A stretch of 64,000 bases of DNA from Camelus ferus (Eukaryota): the NCBI RefSeq assembly GCF_009834535.1, contig NC_045697.1, forward strand, positions 38,752,001 to 38,816,000, written 5' to 3'. Positions 26,635 through 42,100 of this stretch are shown piece by piece (position 1 is the stretch's first letter; the number at the start of each line of letters is the position of its first letter). Both the position numbers and the translations under genes were made by a program. The notes under the pieces are model-generated. The model was not told the DNA's origin, ran no database searches, and saw only the letters and a program-made list of their open reading frames with translations.

Positions 26635-26705
26635 TTTTTTTCCTTAAAGGGGCACTGGGGCATGCCAAGCACATGCCCTGCCACCGAGCCATAACCTTCA
26701 CCCTC
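26635..26705 (-). mobile_element. Internally deleted tRNA-derived SINE
   Basis: Reverse complement reads GGTTATGGCTCGGTGGCAGGGCATGTGCTTGGCATG/CCCCAGTGCCCC then an A tail; imperfect TSD GAAACACTT / GAAACGCTT. Confidence 0.6.
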
Positions 26706-29149
26706 GAAACGCTTGCTTTTGATGGCTGTTTTTTGCCTTTAACTTCCCGCAACCTCAAACACTTGGGGTGGTGGTGTTAACCTAGCATTGTGGTACAGTG
26801 AAAATAGCAGTAGAATGGAAATTAAAAGATTCCCTTGGGCACATTTTGAGCTTCAGTTCCCATTTATTAAGTGGGACTAAATTATTTCTTCTGCCTGCCT
26901 CACAGAGTGGTTAAAATGGTAAGATATTGTATATGGGAGCTTCTCAGAAATGATAAATAGCTAAATCCATTATGGTACATTTTTGAGTACCTACTGTGTG
27001 CAAGGCCCTAGGGATGCAACAATGAACAAGGTCCCATTTCTGCCCTCAGTTTTGGAGTCTTCTGGGGCAGACAATTTCAAACTACTACATTATCTTCATA
27101 TGGAATAAAGGATAGGGTATTCTGAGTACAACAGGAGGGGGAGATCTAAAGAACAAGTGTATGCTGTGAGTGAAAAGGGGGGACTCCAACCCCTGCGCTC
27201 TATTCTCAATCCCTCTTACCTTTCCTTAATTTTCTTCACAGAATTTATTACCACCAAACAGTATGTATTTGTTTATTGCCTCTCTCTCTCAGCTAAAAAC
27301 TAAATTCCATGAGTACACTGGGTTGTCTTTATGTTGGTAATTGTAAACCTAGCAACTAGTATAATGTCTGACACTGGTACTTATAAGGAACTCAAATATT
27401 TGTTGAATGAATATGTGTGCAAATTCCCATAGATATGGCAACATGGAACCACACATAACTAAATCTTAGAGACATATCACAAGCAAGGGGAGGAGGGAGT
27501 AACAAAAGACCTATGTGGGTTAGGGAGGCGGCAAGCAGAAGCCAGATCACAAAACATGTTAGATTTTGTTGTTTGGATTTTAGCCTGAAGGTAGAAAAGT
27601 AACATCAAGTATATACTTAAAAACATTCACTCTGGTTTGGAAGACCCCTGTTTCAGAAATGGTAGATTAAAGCCGTACATTTTAATTTATATCCTGTTTG
27701 CCACAAAACACCATTAAAAATGACAGAAGAAACAGAAACATAGGAATCCACAGGAGAAGAATTCTGAGGAAATTTCTAGAAGCTACAAAGTATATGGGAT
27801 CAGACTGATAAGGAAACCAAAATTGTGAATCCTTACATAACATCAATGTTCTGAAATTTTAGAAAAGCACTACTAAGGCAGTGGTTCTCAATAACCTTTG
27901 TGTGTGTTGTGGTTGGGGTGGGGAGTTGGCATAAACACTTGATGAGAATCTGATGGAAGCTACAAAACCTTTCCTCAGAAAAATTCCCATAGTTTTGGGT
28001 ATACCAAATTTCATCCAGAACTCCCTTAACCCTCTCTGAAATCCAGGTATGATTGGCTTGAAATATGTGACAGTTCCACAGCAAGTAAAAGTCCACAGTT
28101 CTTCTCATGATGTTTACTAATGCACAGAGATTATATCCTCCCGAGCTAGAGTTCACTCAACCATTAGTGCTGTTTTGGCACTGTACGTATTAACCAGACG
28201 TGAAATGTGCCAGGCACCATACGATATAACCATGAGCTGGACATAGTTACTGCCCTCAAAGAACTTACAGATTAGGGGAGAAATAAGCAAAAACTCATTC
28301 AGTTAAAAAGTTGAGTACCAACCATTTGCCAGGCAGTGTGCTAGATCCTAGAGATACTGGGGTGATACAAGGCAAATACAGTCCTTGGCCTCATGGAAAT
28401 TACAGTCCATGTGGAGAGAGATAGGCCCTAATTAAGAGTAGTACTCAGAAGTAGAGAGCCCCATAAGAGAGTGTAATGGGGAACCTTGCGTAGTAGGCAA
28501 AGTCGAAGAAGTAACTTTTAACCTGGAACCAGGATACAGAAATATTTAAAGGATTAAAGGGAGTTAGCTAGGTTGCTGAGAAACAGAGGAAGGGGGAAGT
28601 GGCAGGAGTTGGTAGGATTGTGAAAAGAAATGAGTCTGCAGAGTAGGCGTTCAATAAAATGTCCTGTCATTCTCATCAAGAGTTCTGACATTCAAACATA
28701 TTTTGGTGTTTAAGATCTTACAAAAACTCTAAACCCCCATGTCTATGTGTTACCTGAGTGCTTACTATGCCAGGATGCATGGATTATCTTCTATCCCTAG
28801 AACGATTATATATTATCCCTATTTTACAGTCGAGAAAACTGGGACTCTGATAACACGTTCAGTCAGATCTCCACTGAGTCGCAAAGCCAGGAACTGAACC
28901 TGGGAATTCTCACCCCAAAGAATGCCCTGAACTGGAGCCCAAAGGGCAGCCGAGGAGTTCTCACCAAACATGCTTTGCACTTGAAGATTCTTTTCTTCTT
29001 CTGTGCCTTTTCTCATATTCGCGTCTCTGCCAGAACTTTACCCAGAACCAACCCCAGGTTTTCCTAATCACCTATCAAAATCCCCTTCAAATACCAATTA
29101 CTCTAATAAGTTTCCCCAAACAGCAAGAAGCCGTTGCTCTCCCCTTCTC

Positions 29150-30120
29150 CTTCAAACGACTCCCTACTGTTTCCAGTTGGTATTTAGCACGCCGTAGACC
29201 TTTTTTCTTCCACAGACTGTCGCCCAGCTCCGCCTCGAGGGACCAGCACACTGGTTAGCCGCAGCGGTCGCCCTGGAAACGCACGCTGCTTTGAGCCGAA
29301 TCTGTGCTGAATCCTTTCTTGACCACTTCCTGGGGTCCGAAGCCTCGTTCCTCCAAACCCGTTTCAAATAAGGTATGTCGACTCTATCTATGCAAACTTG
29401 TACCTACGAGAGCTAAGACTGAGGTGTCTGACACTGACTCAGGGACAAAGACGCTTCCGACTCGAAACGCTTAGCAACCACCGGCTTCCTCCTCCGCTTG
29501 GCCACCTCCGAGATCCTCTTCCGGGACACAGGTCGTCCCGCCCCTCCCCTCGTCTCCTCCAAGATGGCGAGCAGCGGCAGTGGGGGTGTTTCGGTGCCTG
29601 CGCTCTGGAGTGAGGTGAACCGTTATGGCCAGAACGGCGACTTCACGCGCGCTCTCAAAACCATCAACAAGAGTAGGTGTCCGGGCGGGCGCCGGGGCGG
29701 GGGCGGGCCCGGGCGGATGGGAGGACGCGGCCTCCTTCCGGCGCGCGCGACCGCCTCCGAACAGGCGCTGGACGGGAGACCCCAGCCGTCCGGCGCTAGG
29801 GCCCGAACGCCCAGCGGCACAGGTCGCAGCCCCTCTGCTGCTTCTGGCCAGCCCTGGGTCCTGGGTGGCTTAGAGCCACGTGGACTTTCCTCTTTACCCA
29901 CCGCGGGAAGCGAGGGAGGGATTTAAAGAGCCCGCAGCGTCCTGCGCTTCAAACTGTTTTCTTATTTAACTCCGCTGTTTTTACGCCTTATTTCGCAAAT
30001 ACTCCGCGGTATCTCCTTTTCTTCGCCCTTTTAACGGAGCGATCGAGACAGTATTGCTGAGGGAGCTTTTTCTCTTGGGCCTCAGCGCGGAGAGGAACCT
30101 GCTTGGGACACGTAGTTTGA
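29150..30120 (+). promoter_or_regulatory. SRP72 CpG-island promoter
   Basis: CpG-rich; ETS cores (CTTCCGG near 29518, ACTTCCT near 29325); X-box-like GTCGCCCTGGAAAC 29267-29280; TGACTCA 29435-29441; GC box; YY1-like CAAGATGGCG over the start codon. Confidence 0.85.
29564..29672 (+). CDS. SRP72: SRP72 exon 1
   Basis: MASSGSGGVSVPALWSEVNRYGQNGDFTRALKTINK|GTAGGT. Confidence 0.96.
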
Positions 30121-33100
30121 AAGCTGATGCTGACGAGGTGGAACTTAAGGGTAGAGGGAAGGGCTAGATCTGGGTATCAGGCCTGTCATTCCCACAGGTA
30201 GACTCTGCCTCGTGTCTTCAGACGAGAAAAATGTGTGAAAGCACCGACGTTTGAAATAACGTTGAAAAGAGCAAAAATTTATCCTGTTTTTTGCCCAGTA
30301 ACTGATCATTTCGAGTAAACTATCTTCAGTGTGATGTTCAACTCAGTATATTCTTTTATCCTTTACTACGTAACTGTAATGTGGCCGTGTCTTTTAATGC
30401 TCCCTGTCGTGCTAAATTCTTTACTGAAGATTTTGTCTGTAATTGTTAGATTTGGAAATGTAATTACCAGGCAGGGTTTGGCTGTTCAAAGCAGTAATAG
30501 CATACAAGGTGTATCTGTAACATAGAAGTATGAATTTTCAACAACCTATTGCTGGTTTAATGTGAAAAGAAGTGATTGTGCCCACAGTGCACATTTGGTG
30601 ATTTCAGACATTGAGGAAAATAGCTACTAATTAGAATTATTTGATTCTTAAACTTGTTTTGAATTAACGTTGGCATTTGAGTGGGCCTGCCACCAGTACT
30701 ACTCAGCGGTGTAGTAAGTATTTTGCAGGAATTCTTTAATTAGCAAGGGCTGTCAGTTTATTCATATATATTATATTCTTAATTGGCAGAAGTAATTTTG
30801 ATTCTTAGACTGAGAAGTGAATTCCTATAGTTGCCCAGGAGCAGGGGGAGTGATCCTGGTCGTTTTGACACTGAACAGCTGTTCAGCATTGAAACTTGAC
30901 CACCTGAGCCCTTCCTTATACCTCTCTTTAGTTAGGTGAAAAGGAAAATTTTGAATGGTTTTTGGAAATACTGCCAGCAAGATAAGTTGTTTGTATAATT
31001 TACAGCTTATAGATTTTTCCAAAATATTGTCATTTAATCTTAGTTACTTTGCAAAATAGGTAATGCTTTAATACTCATTTTATGAATCAGAAAATTGAGA
31101 TTTGGCAGTCAGGTGACTTGTCTAAGACCTCAAGGCATATAGTGACAAGCCTGTACTCAATCCTAAGTCATTTGCTTCCAAGTTCTACGGGAACTGTTTT
31201 CTTTCTCTGTGAAGTAATGAAATATGTAGGATGTAGCATGCGTCTCAAGATGGAAAAAGCTATAGAAAACAGCTTCATTCTTGCTTATTTATTCACTTTA
31301 TTTTTTTGGTACATGCATCTTGGGAATCTATCTCATTGAAAAGTCTAACTTACTAAATTATAACTCTCCTTGTTGCCACTTCTTAAGTTAAAAGTAAAGA
31401 ATAGCCATTTCAAAAAATGTTCTGACTGATCATTTCTGCTGCCATGAAATTGGAAATGTAGTTTCCTGCGTCAGGAAGTGAAACATTTTAGTAAAAATAT
31501 GGGAAGGGAATGGATTTTAAAACTGCTTTCCTAAATTTGCTCTCTAGTACTACAGATAAACAAGGATGATGTAACTGCCTTACACTGTAAAGTGGTATGC
31601 CTTATCCAGAATGGAAGTTTCAAGGAAGCCTTGAATGTCATCAATACTCACACCAAAGTGTTAGCCAAGTAAGTGATTTAATTAGTTTTTTTGTGCAGTT
31701 ATCAGACACGTTTACTGTAGCTATAACCATTTCCACGTTTTTTTCCTCTACTAGTCAGTAATTTTTGACCTTTTTCTTTCCTTCCTTCATTTTTCCTTTT
31801 GCTTGCTGGTAGTGTTCCTGAAACTGGAAGAAACAATAGTAACTTTTGTTCTTTTCTGCCTTAAGGAGGCTTTTCTTTACTCTGTCTTCCCTTTGAACCA
31901 TTCAGAAGAAGGTAAACTGTGGAGGGATTTGGGGGCATAAACAAGAGTAACAAGAGTTCTTAGAGGACATAAGGAGAACACCCCAACGGAAGTTTAATTA
32001 AAAAAAAAAAAGGCAGAGAATGCAGGACATCTAGGGCAGGGATGTATGAATAGAGGCCTCTAGGATGGCACGGCAGTCTTAGCCTGACTTTTGTGCCTAC
32101 CTCCTTTGAGAATTGTTTAGGTGAGTGTGATTTTAGACCAAGATCTTTTAGTATCAGAGTTCTTTAGCAGTCTTTAGAATATGTAGCAGTTTTTGTTGTT
32201 GTTGTTAATCTTTTTCATTTATTTATTTCAATTGCCATTTTATGAAATGTGAACTTATATTCTGAATTGTTACTGTAATTTCATTTTTCTTTACAGTTAT
32301 GCCTAAGCCCCAAAAGAAATGTGTATTGAAATGAAGTTTGCAGCATATTTATTCTTTAATATTTATAAGGTACAGAACAGTGTATCCTATACTTCCTTTT
32401 GTATAAGAAAAGGAGGATATAAGAATTTCTACGTGTGTTTTTTTTTGTTTTTGCAAAGACAAACACTATATGGAGAAACAATGAATAAAGATAGTCACTC
32501 ACAGGAGGTGAGGAGACTAGGGTAGATTTGAATAATGGAGTAAAACCTTTCAGTGTATACCTTTTTGTGGGGGCAAATGCATGTATTATAGATAAAAACT
32601 AATTTTTGAACATTATTAAAAATAAAAGGATAATAAACAGGACACTGCTTTTTACTAGTAAACATGTTTATGCTAAAATTCAGTATTTTGAATTTTGGCC
32701 ATTTTGTGACATAGGGAAATTTTAAAATAATTTTTTGTTAGTCAAGTAAATAAAAGATACTGCCATTTGCTTTGATAATTATTTTTCCTCATGAATTATG
32801 GTTGAAACTTCAAAATGAGTTTCATATGTGACACCAATGTGGATGAATTTTTAAGTCTATATATGTAAGTAGTGTTTTTGTAGTTGTGTGTTTACCAGTT
32901 TTGTTATAAGTACTAGGTTCTTTTAAGATTTCTAGCTACTTTTTCTTTGCTAATTATTTGCATCTTGAACAAGTTAAAAGCATTATATGGCTTATTACTT
33001 GATTAATAGATTTAAGAAACTAATATAACAACCCATTCAAAACAATGTTCTGATTGCCTTTGTGTCTAAAACAGTTATTTAACTGATTCATGATTTCATT

Positions 33101-36100
33101 CTTATATATTTGTTTCAAAAGATCAATAATTCTAGTAAGAATATCCATAAAAGCAAGAGAGCCTAGGGAAATGGATGTAGTATTTTCTGTCACTTATGAG
33201 GCATCTGATTTTCAGAAAAGTCACTAACCTTTGTCATCTGTTGTTAATGGGGATTAAATAACTAAATATGTATCAAATGTACTTAGAGCAGTATCTAGCA
33301 TATGTTGGTGCTCTGTATTGTTAGCTAATAATCAGATACTGATTTTTCCTTTTTCAGTAACTCTCTTTCCTTTGAGAAGGCATATTGTGAGTACAGGCTA
33401 AACAGAATTGAGAATGCCTTGAAGACAATAGAAAGTGCAAACCAGCAGACAGACAAACTAAAGGAGCTTTATGGACAAGTGGTAATTACTGCTTTAAAAT
33501 CCCTATTGACAATCATCCTGAGTAAGCATGACACTACCTATGGTAAGGAGCAGGGATGTGGAACCGCAGCCCATCCTGATGCTCCACAAACCAGTTCTTG
33601 GGGTTTGAACATATTCCCTCTTCTTGATCTTCATTTGAACAATTGCATATACTGTGTTCTATGAACAAATGACTTTCTCAAGGTAATTTAAAAATTGAGA
33701 ACTATCCTATAAAATTTGGACATTTTAGTTGGAAAGATGAAGGCTAGTAAGCTTATATATTTACACAGTTTTGAAATAGTACTTCTAGTTTTTAGCTGGT
33801 GTTTTTTCTAGGTTTAAAATAAAAAAAAATCATGATGACTAAGAATTTGGCTAAATTCAGATAGTTCATGGAATCCCTGGAAATAGCTTATTCTAAAAGA
33901 GTTTTGAGACACGCAATTAAGCCTACTGTAAAATAGGGCTATTTATGATGAGAGGGCAAAAGTGTTACATTAAAACTAGCAAAACCCTCTTAAAATTTTT
34001 TAAAATGTCAACAACAATAATACAGCAATGTTATATTGAGTGTATTGTTCCTAAAAGGTAGTGTGAGTTTAACAAAGATTAAGGCAAATTTATGGATTGT
34101 AGATCTAAAAAGAATTCCTGTAAGCTGGGTTGGCTTAAATTCCAGCATTTTGAGACTGATGAAGGGCACCCATCTCTGTCATACATGGTAGACTAATTGA
34201 CCTGGAGTGGCAGTTCTTACTGCCCTGTGAGAACAATTTGAATGAAAAAAGCAAGAGTTATGTTATGTATACTTGATACTACCCTATCAAGGGGTGATTG
34301 TTGGTTTCTGGGAAAGAGAAATGAAGATTGAATATAATGATCTCCTAGGAAATATTAAGTCCTTCTGTTAACATCTGGTTTAGTTCCTGTTTATCAAGAC
34401 ATAGTAATCCTGTGGGAAATTTTTCTTGTTGTAAGTCAGATTTAAGTAACAGGGTTAGTTTCTATGGAATGGTTTTCTTTCACAACGCACTTAGGCACTT
34501 AACCTAACCTCGAGATGGAGACAGTACAATAGCTTTTCTAGCTGGATCATGCCTACAAGTATGCAATATAATAGGGATTCATTGCAAGTAACTTTTCAAA
34601 AGTATTAGTAGCATACAGAACTAATTGAAAAATTATAGCAGAGAAACAGTTGATTGTCCATGTTATGCTGAATTAGGTTTCTTATGTAGTGGTTCCAGAA
34701 AGGGTTTGTATGGTGTTAGGGATGTAACACAGTATTTGTCTTCTCTGACTTTTTGCTTGCTGTTTATCTCTTCAGTTATACCGGTTAGAACGCTATGATG
34801 AGTGCCTAGCTGTGTATAGAGATCTTGTCCGAAACTCCCAGGACGATTATGATGAGGAGAGAAAAACAAACCTTTCAGCAGTTGTTGCAGCTCAAAGCAA
34901 CTGGGAAAAAGTGGTTCCAGTGAGTATCCCTGTGTACCCACACAGCCATGAAATAATATTTCTGTCTAGTGTTTGACTGGTTTTTGCTCTGTGACAGGAG
35001 AACTTGGGCCTCCAGGAAGGCACACACGAACTGTGCTACAATGCTGCATGTGCACTGATAGGACAAGGCCAGCTGAACCAGGCAATGAAAATCCTACAAA
35101 AAGCTGAAGGTTGGAAGTTTGTTAAAATTACATGTAAATGTAATATGCATGTAACTTTGCGAAATATTTTCAAACATCACATTTGACTTTTGGGAAGTTT
35201 TGTTTTGTTTTTGTTTTTTAAACTTTATTGTATAATCTCTGTACAGTAAACTACACATATTTCAGATGTACAATTTGATGAATTTTGATAGCTGTATATA
35301 CCTATGAAACCACCACCACAATCAAGATACCTAACATTTCCATCTCCGACTTTTGGGGAGTTTTTAAATGGAAATTATTGATGCAGTGGGAATTTCCCAA
35401 AGTCCATCTAGCGTTTGTCTTGGGTTCTGGACTGTATCTCTCCTCTCTTGCTGTCTAATCCCTAAGCCAGTCTACTTACCCATTTTCAATCACACCAAAC
35501 CTTAAGTTTGAACTTTAATGAGTAGGTTTTTAAACAGGTAACTTTGACTGTTAAATGTAAATCAAGTGAGTTAATAAGCATTTGGTAAATATTATCATTA
35601 TTGCTACTAAACACACAAGTATGTAATAATATGATTTGCCTGTGTGTGCACGTCTGCACACACACTACATTTATTCATTGATAACACTATTCAAGCACAT
35701 TCTAAGTTCATTTAGTATGTTTCCATATACAATATCTACATGCTTTGAAGCTTTTAATTAAGAGAAAAAATAATTTTTTAGAGGGCTTATGTCTGGTCTC
35801 AACTCCTGAAACATTTAGACTTTCTTCTTTTCCTTGGAAGCTGTAAAAGTGATGTAGGGACTGCAGTGAATGATGGGGAGGAAAAAAAGGTGAAACAAGA
35901 TCTGTTTTATTTTTAAATTTTGATGGTTAAAATAAGAGCAGAGGTTAGAGCATAATGAGAAGAAAAATATGTTTGGGAATTACAATGTCTGGATCATACC
36001 CAGTGTTGACAGTGGCATGGGAGAAGGCTAGCCTCATACACTGCAAGTTGGAATGTAAAAACAGTACAGGCTTCGCAGTGGGCAGTTTGGTGCAGGGTCG

Positions 36101-39100
36101 CGGATTTTGAGGTTTACATACCCTTTGATGTTAGAAATTTATTTTAAGGAAGTAAGTAAATAAGGAAATAAGATAAATTCACATATGTATCTGTATGGAT
36201 GTTAACTGAAGGGATGTTCATAAAAACAAAAATCTAGAAACATGAGTTTCTATCCTATTAGAGGATTGGTCAAGTGTTACACCACAAAATAGAGTACCAT
36301 GTGGTCATGAACAATTATCACATTAAAAATAATAATGTGGAGTAGGTGATATGTATTATAAAGATGTCTGCAATATATATATTTTTTCAAGAATATTTTG
36401 TTTGTTTTTTTGTTGGAGGGGAAGTAATTAGATTTATTTTAATGGAGGTACTGAGGATTAAACCAGTAGGATTATTGTCTTTATTTTTATACTTCTCTGT
36501 AATTGATTTTTTGCAGTCAACATTTGTAGCATTTATATTTTTAAAATTCTCATAAAAATTTTTTTATCTTAGGGATTACAAAGTGAAAGAAAATGCCAAA
36601 GAAGTAGAATAATCAGGAACTGATATTTATGTAATGTATTTGATGCTAATGATAAATTCTAAATTTGCTTGTTATTAGATTATCTTAAATCTTCTGCTTG
36701 AGGATTTAGTTCTTGCTCTTTGGAATGTGAAACAAATGAGAGTTAACCAGCAATGTTAATTTTAAAACTATTTTTCCCTACAGATCTTTGCCGCCGTTCT
36801 TTATCAGAAGACTCTGTAAGTATTCTACTGTCGTTAAACCCAAATTTTACACTTCTGGATAATAAAAATTTTAGGAGACTTCATTGTAGTATTTATGACT
36901 TTTTGGAGTACATGTTGATTGATTAAATAGGAATCACAGTAGAACCTCTCTTGATCAGTTATCTGATGGAACCCCTTAGGGTAAGAAATTACAATACAAA
37001 AATCTTATATGCATTACACTTTTCATTTTAAAGGCATGCAAGTATAAATTCATTCTCCCGTTTTTAGATGTAGGGCCCAGGTCTTTGAGTAAGAGTCTAT
37101 TCATGGGAATTCATGCATGTTTCTTACATAATCTGCATATAATCCAACAGTCATGATCTCCAGTTTTGTTTTGTTTTTAAGTGCATTAGTATCTTAAAGA
37201 CAGTTGTGAATTAGTTTCATTACAGAGTCCTTTTTTCACTAACATATTAGCATTTTCTTTCTTATACCTAATTAGATAATTTTCTTTAGGAACTCACTTT
37301 TATCAAATATTTCTGAGTATTCAGCATAGTTTTCATTGAAACAAGTCTCTCTTCACACTCAGTTCTTATGGTAATTAAATTTTATCATTTCCTTATGAAA
37401 CACACTGGCACAGTGGGATTGGAAACAAACACATCTGACTCCTGGTCAGCATACACTTACTAGGTGAGAGTGGGAGTGCCCAGTATGGCCAAAAAGAGCA
37501 GCCTCCTAGCCTTGAGCATTCCCTGTATGTGGGCATCAGTCAGTCTCAGGAAGAATGTAAACTATAGATTAATCTGGAGTGTTAGTTAAGAGAGCTTCTG
37601 TTTTAATTACAAAATTAGTTGCAGCTTTTGAAGTTTTTTGTATGGTGATAATTACTAGTTAAATTTTGTAATCTTTGGATTAGAATTATTTAAGAGTGAA
37701 GCATTTAAAAAATTATTTCTGTGAGAAGATTGTTTCCAAAATTTAGTGGCATTGTTGTAGAAAGTTAAACTTGCATGCTGGGTTTTACTTTTTCTCATTC
37801 TTAGATTTTAGAAAATAAAAGTGATCAATGAGTGATATTCCTGATCTTGTCACCGTGTTCTTCCAGAATCTGTCTTTTTGCCATTCTCATTTAAACTTCC
37901 CTCTTTTGGTGGCAATTCCTAAATTTTAACAAACTGACTCAATGGGAAAATTACTGAAAATTATATATCTTTAGGGTTGTATCTCTTTTGAATGTTTGAA
38001 TCACTAGATAAATATGTGAATCAATTTAGAGAATTTATAGAAAAAAAAAATGTTTCTTCTCCTTAGGATGGGACTGAGGAAGACCCACAGGCAGAACTGG
38101 CCATCATTCATGGGCAGATGGCCTATATTCTGCAGCTTCAGGGTCGTACAGAGGAGGCTTTGCAACTCTACAACCAGATAATAAAACTAAAGTGAGTGAG
38201 TTATTAACAATGAGTATCTTTTATGTGGGATGAGGTTTCTTTTTAAAGGTTTGTTCCTTTTTGACTATTGCTTTTTGTTCCCAGGCCAACAGATGTGGCA
38301 TTGCTAGCTGTGATTGCAAATAACATCATTACCATTAACAAGGTATGGAATATCCAAGGCTTTCCTACACTTGTATTTTATGCTGGAAGCATATTACCCC
38401 AGCCTTCTTCTAGGATAAGTTTTACCATGACTAAGTCCAGACGCAGCAAAATCACAATAGAGATTGTTATTTAACTCTCACAATGATGATGATTCTACAA
38501 GGTGTATTCAAGTAATCAAACTTGTTTTTTGTTATAGGACTGGACTTTAAAGTTACCCTTTTCCCATTATTTTTAAAAATTATTATTCTATACAGTTGTA
38601 TCATTGTAATATATAATTATAATATCATTTCCCATTATTTTTATTATATGGAGAATGTCTATTTGTTAGAGTAGTAAATTGTTTGGACTTTGACTTTTTT
38701 CATACAGTAAGTCTGAATGCAGGTTTTCTATATATAGTTTTTTCTTTCCAGTGGTTTTTATTTGGTAGGTGGGGAGACATGGGCTGGTTCTCTCTTTCTC
38801 TGCCCCCTATGCCCCCTACCCTGCCCCTGCAACCCATGTATGAAATATTACAAGCATGTATATCAACAATCCTAAAGAGTACTGAACTTAAATAACAAGG
38901 TCCTACTGTATTACACAAAGAACTGCATTCAATATCTTGTGATAATCTCTAAAGAGAATTTGAAGAACATATTTATGTATTACTGAATCACTCTGCTGTA
39001 TACCAGAAACTTAACACACATTGTAAATCAACTATACTTCAATTAAAAAAAAAGTTAAAAAAAAAAAAGTACTGTACTAGTCAAATTAACTACTGTTTGG

Positions 39101-42100
39101 AACATTGTTTTAATTGGAAAACATTTCCAGTTCAGATTTGAAATTCAAGTCAATAGGCAATTAGAAAAATTAACATTGGGTTTCTTTTGATAGGCCATGT
39201 GATTTTCCAAGTGCCATTTTATTTTATCCTCACAATTATCTTTTTAGTTAGCAGTAAGTACTTGTCTCCAATTTATAGAAGTATAGTCTGAGGCTGATTA
39301 TAGGAGTTAAGTACTTTGTATAAGGTCACAGCCAGTAAGAGGTAGAACTTGGATTCAGGTTCCTGTCTCTGACTCCAAAGTGCTCTCCCTGTAGGCCTTT
39401 GTGATATCTCTCTCCTGTGGCAGAAATTCAGAGGATTCTCTTATGTGGGATAATGGCATTAAGAGAGATAATAGTTATAGGATGTTGCAGGCCATTGACA
39501 TAGTGTAGGTTTCTAAAAATTGACGCTGGCATTTGACTCTTAGCAGCAACATATACCTGCCTTGTTTATGGATAATTTGAAATGTCAGTGAGGACAAATT
39601 CTTTTTATCTGGGATATAATTTGTGGGAAAGAGAGTGTGTGAAGTACTAAATAGCTCAATCTAAATGTATTTATACATTGAACTTTCTTCAGTCAACAAA
39701 TATTTATTTATGACTTTTTATTCAATACAGTGCTGGATGCATTAGGTAATGCAGAATAAATATGAGACATGGTCTTAATAATTATGTAGTTAAAAAAATC
39801 TCATTCTGCTGCTGGAAAAAATTTGTGTATGTTTAAATTCTTGTAGAGGGAAAGGGTACAGCTCAGGCTTAGCATGTACAAGGTCCTAGGATCAATCCCT
39901 AGTACCTCCCTTAAAAACAAACAAACCTGGTTACCTCCCCACTAAAAAAGTTTTAAAAGTAAATTCTTGTCATATACTTTGTAACTGCAGTATTTGATGA
40001 AAGAAAAGATGACTGGGTTGGCAAATTTGAGCTGACCCTTGAAGAAGGGGCATGGTTTGAAAGGTTAAGCAACAGCATAAGCAAATAAACATATGACAAA
40101 ATATTTATGTCTTGTGGGGGGAAAGTGAGAGAACAGAAGATAAGAGGATACATCCATGTTGGCTAGTTTAAAAAAATAGGTTAGATTGAGTGATAATCAA
40201 GGTGTGGGAAGCCTTAAAAGATAAAAATTTTTGGTAAGTGCCATGGTAGCAAAGTTTAAAAGAAGTCTGGTAGTAGCGTGTGTGGTGAATTGAAGTATTA
40301 AAATAGTGACATAGGAGTTCCAACTATAAATATGATATCTTGAGGGTTGATTTATATGAAAGCCAGTTCCTTGCTATACATTAAAATAATTTCACATTGG
40401 TTTGGAGCTTCAACTCAGAAAAAGAATTTATTTTAGATTTCTTCTTTACCTCCTTTTGGTCTTTAAACTAGTGGAAGACCTGGTTTAAAAAGCACAGAGG
40501 TAACACTTATTTGCAAATATATTTATCATTTAGCAAAGCTAGAATATTGTGCACATAATAAACACTCAGATGCCCAGTTTGTCCTTTACAGGATGTAGCG
40601 TGACTTAATTGTCTTCTACTCTTATTCCATTCCATTTGCTTATATATAGACAATATGTCAGAGAGGAATAAATTACTTTCCTCATTTGTCATCTAAATTC
40701 TAAAGATGGTTTGTAGAAATTGCAAATTTAGATATCTTTATAGTTCTGATTTCCACAATAAGATTTGTTTAATCCCTATGTACTTTTCTTCAGAAAGCTA
40801 AAAATAAAGTTAAATAGTAGAAAGATAAAAGAAAATGAAGAACCCAAGCCAAATTTATATGTATCTTAGGAGTACAGGCCAGGTAGGTATATTAGCTTCC
40901 AAGCTCTTTTGCTGTGTTTACATAAAATAACTGAATGGAAGAGGAATAAAATAACTAAATGGAAGAGGAATAAGGCCTTGGAATGTTAAAAAGAGTTGAA
41001 GTCTGAGAGTGCCATTAATGATGGATTAACTTTGCTTTGTCAGGACCAAAATGTCTTTGACTCAAAGAAGAAGGTGAAATTAACCAATGCGGAAGGAGTA
41101 GAGTTTAAGCTTTCCAAGAAACAGCTGCAAGCTATAGAATTTAACAAAGCGTTACTCGCTATGTACACAAACCAGGTAGGTAACAGACCTCTGGCTTCCC
41201 TGGCTAAGTCTTTTGGAATATGGCACGTGAGGCATAATGAGTTTATCAGTCCAGTCTATTTATATTTTCATTTATATTTTGTCTTAAACCCATGTATACT
41301 TCAAAGTGTCATGTATTTGTTAAATAAGTAATTTTCCCAATTTTTTGTAAAGGTGTGCAGTTGGTGGCTTTTAAGTAGAAAACACTATTCACAGCTGTAA
41401 ATGAGATAATTTTTCTCATACTCTTATTTCTAATCTCTCCAGACTAAAATAAAAATCATCAAAAATGCAGATCCTGATTATGGATTTAAGATCCATCTTT
41501 CATTTTAGTTTGTGCATAATCTCATCAAGTTATAAATGTTAAGGAGGTAGATTATAACTCTGCTATGGATAAATTCTAATTAAAATATGATTTCCTACTG
41601 TTCTAGGGCAGAGGTTTTCAGTGAGGGACTGACAGGCAGTACTGTTATTTAGAACTGAGTCAAGTTTTTCTTAAATGCTTTAGCGAGAAATACTTGTACA
41701 TTTTGTTGTTTTGAAACAAAGGCTGACACTTGATGTGTTGGTTTCTTTTTTAACAAAATTCTGGAATTTAAGCATCCAAATGAATGTTTAGGATTTGTCC
41801 TTTCCTAAATGCTTTTAGAACTCATAACTTACATTCAAAACTCAAAACTTAAATGGAAATATTTTTCTTATAGGGTAAAATTGAGAATAGATGCTATAAA
41901 CCACTTCTGTTATCCTAGGCAGTTCTTCACTTGCTGTTTTGTTCCAACTGATTTCCTTTCACCTCCCCCATCCTTCTTTTATTTTTGGTCATTCACATAA
42001 TGTTTGACTTCATTAACCAGCTTATTTTTGTGGTGGGGGGTGGATATTGTTTTTTAGGCAGAACAATGCCGCAAAATATCTGCCAGTTTACAGTCCCAAA

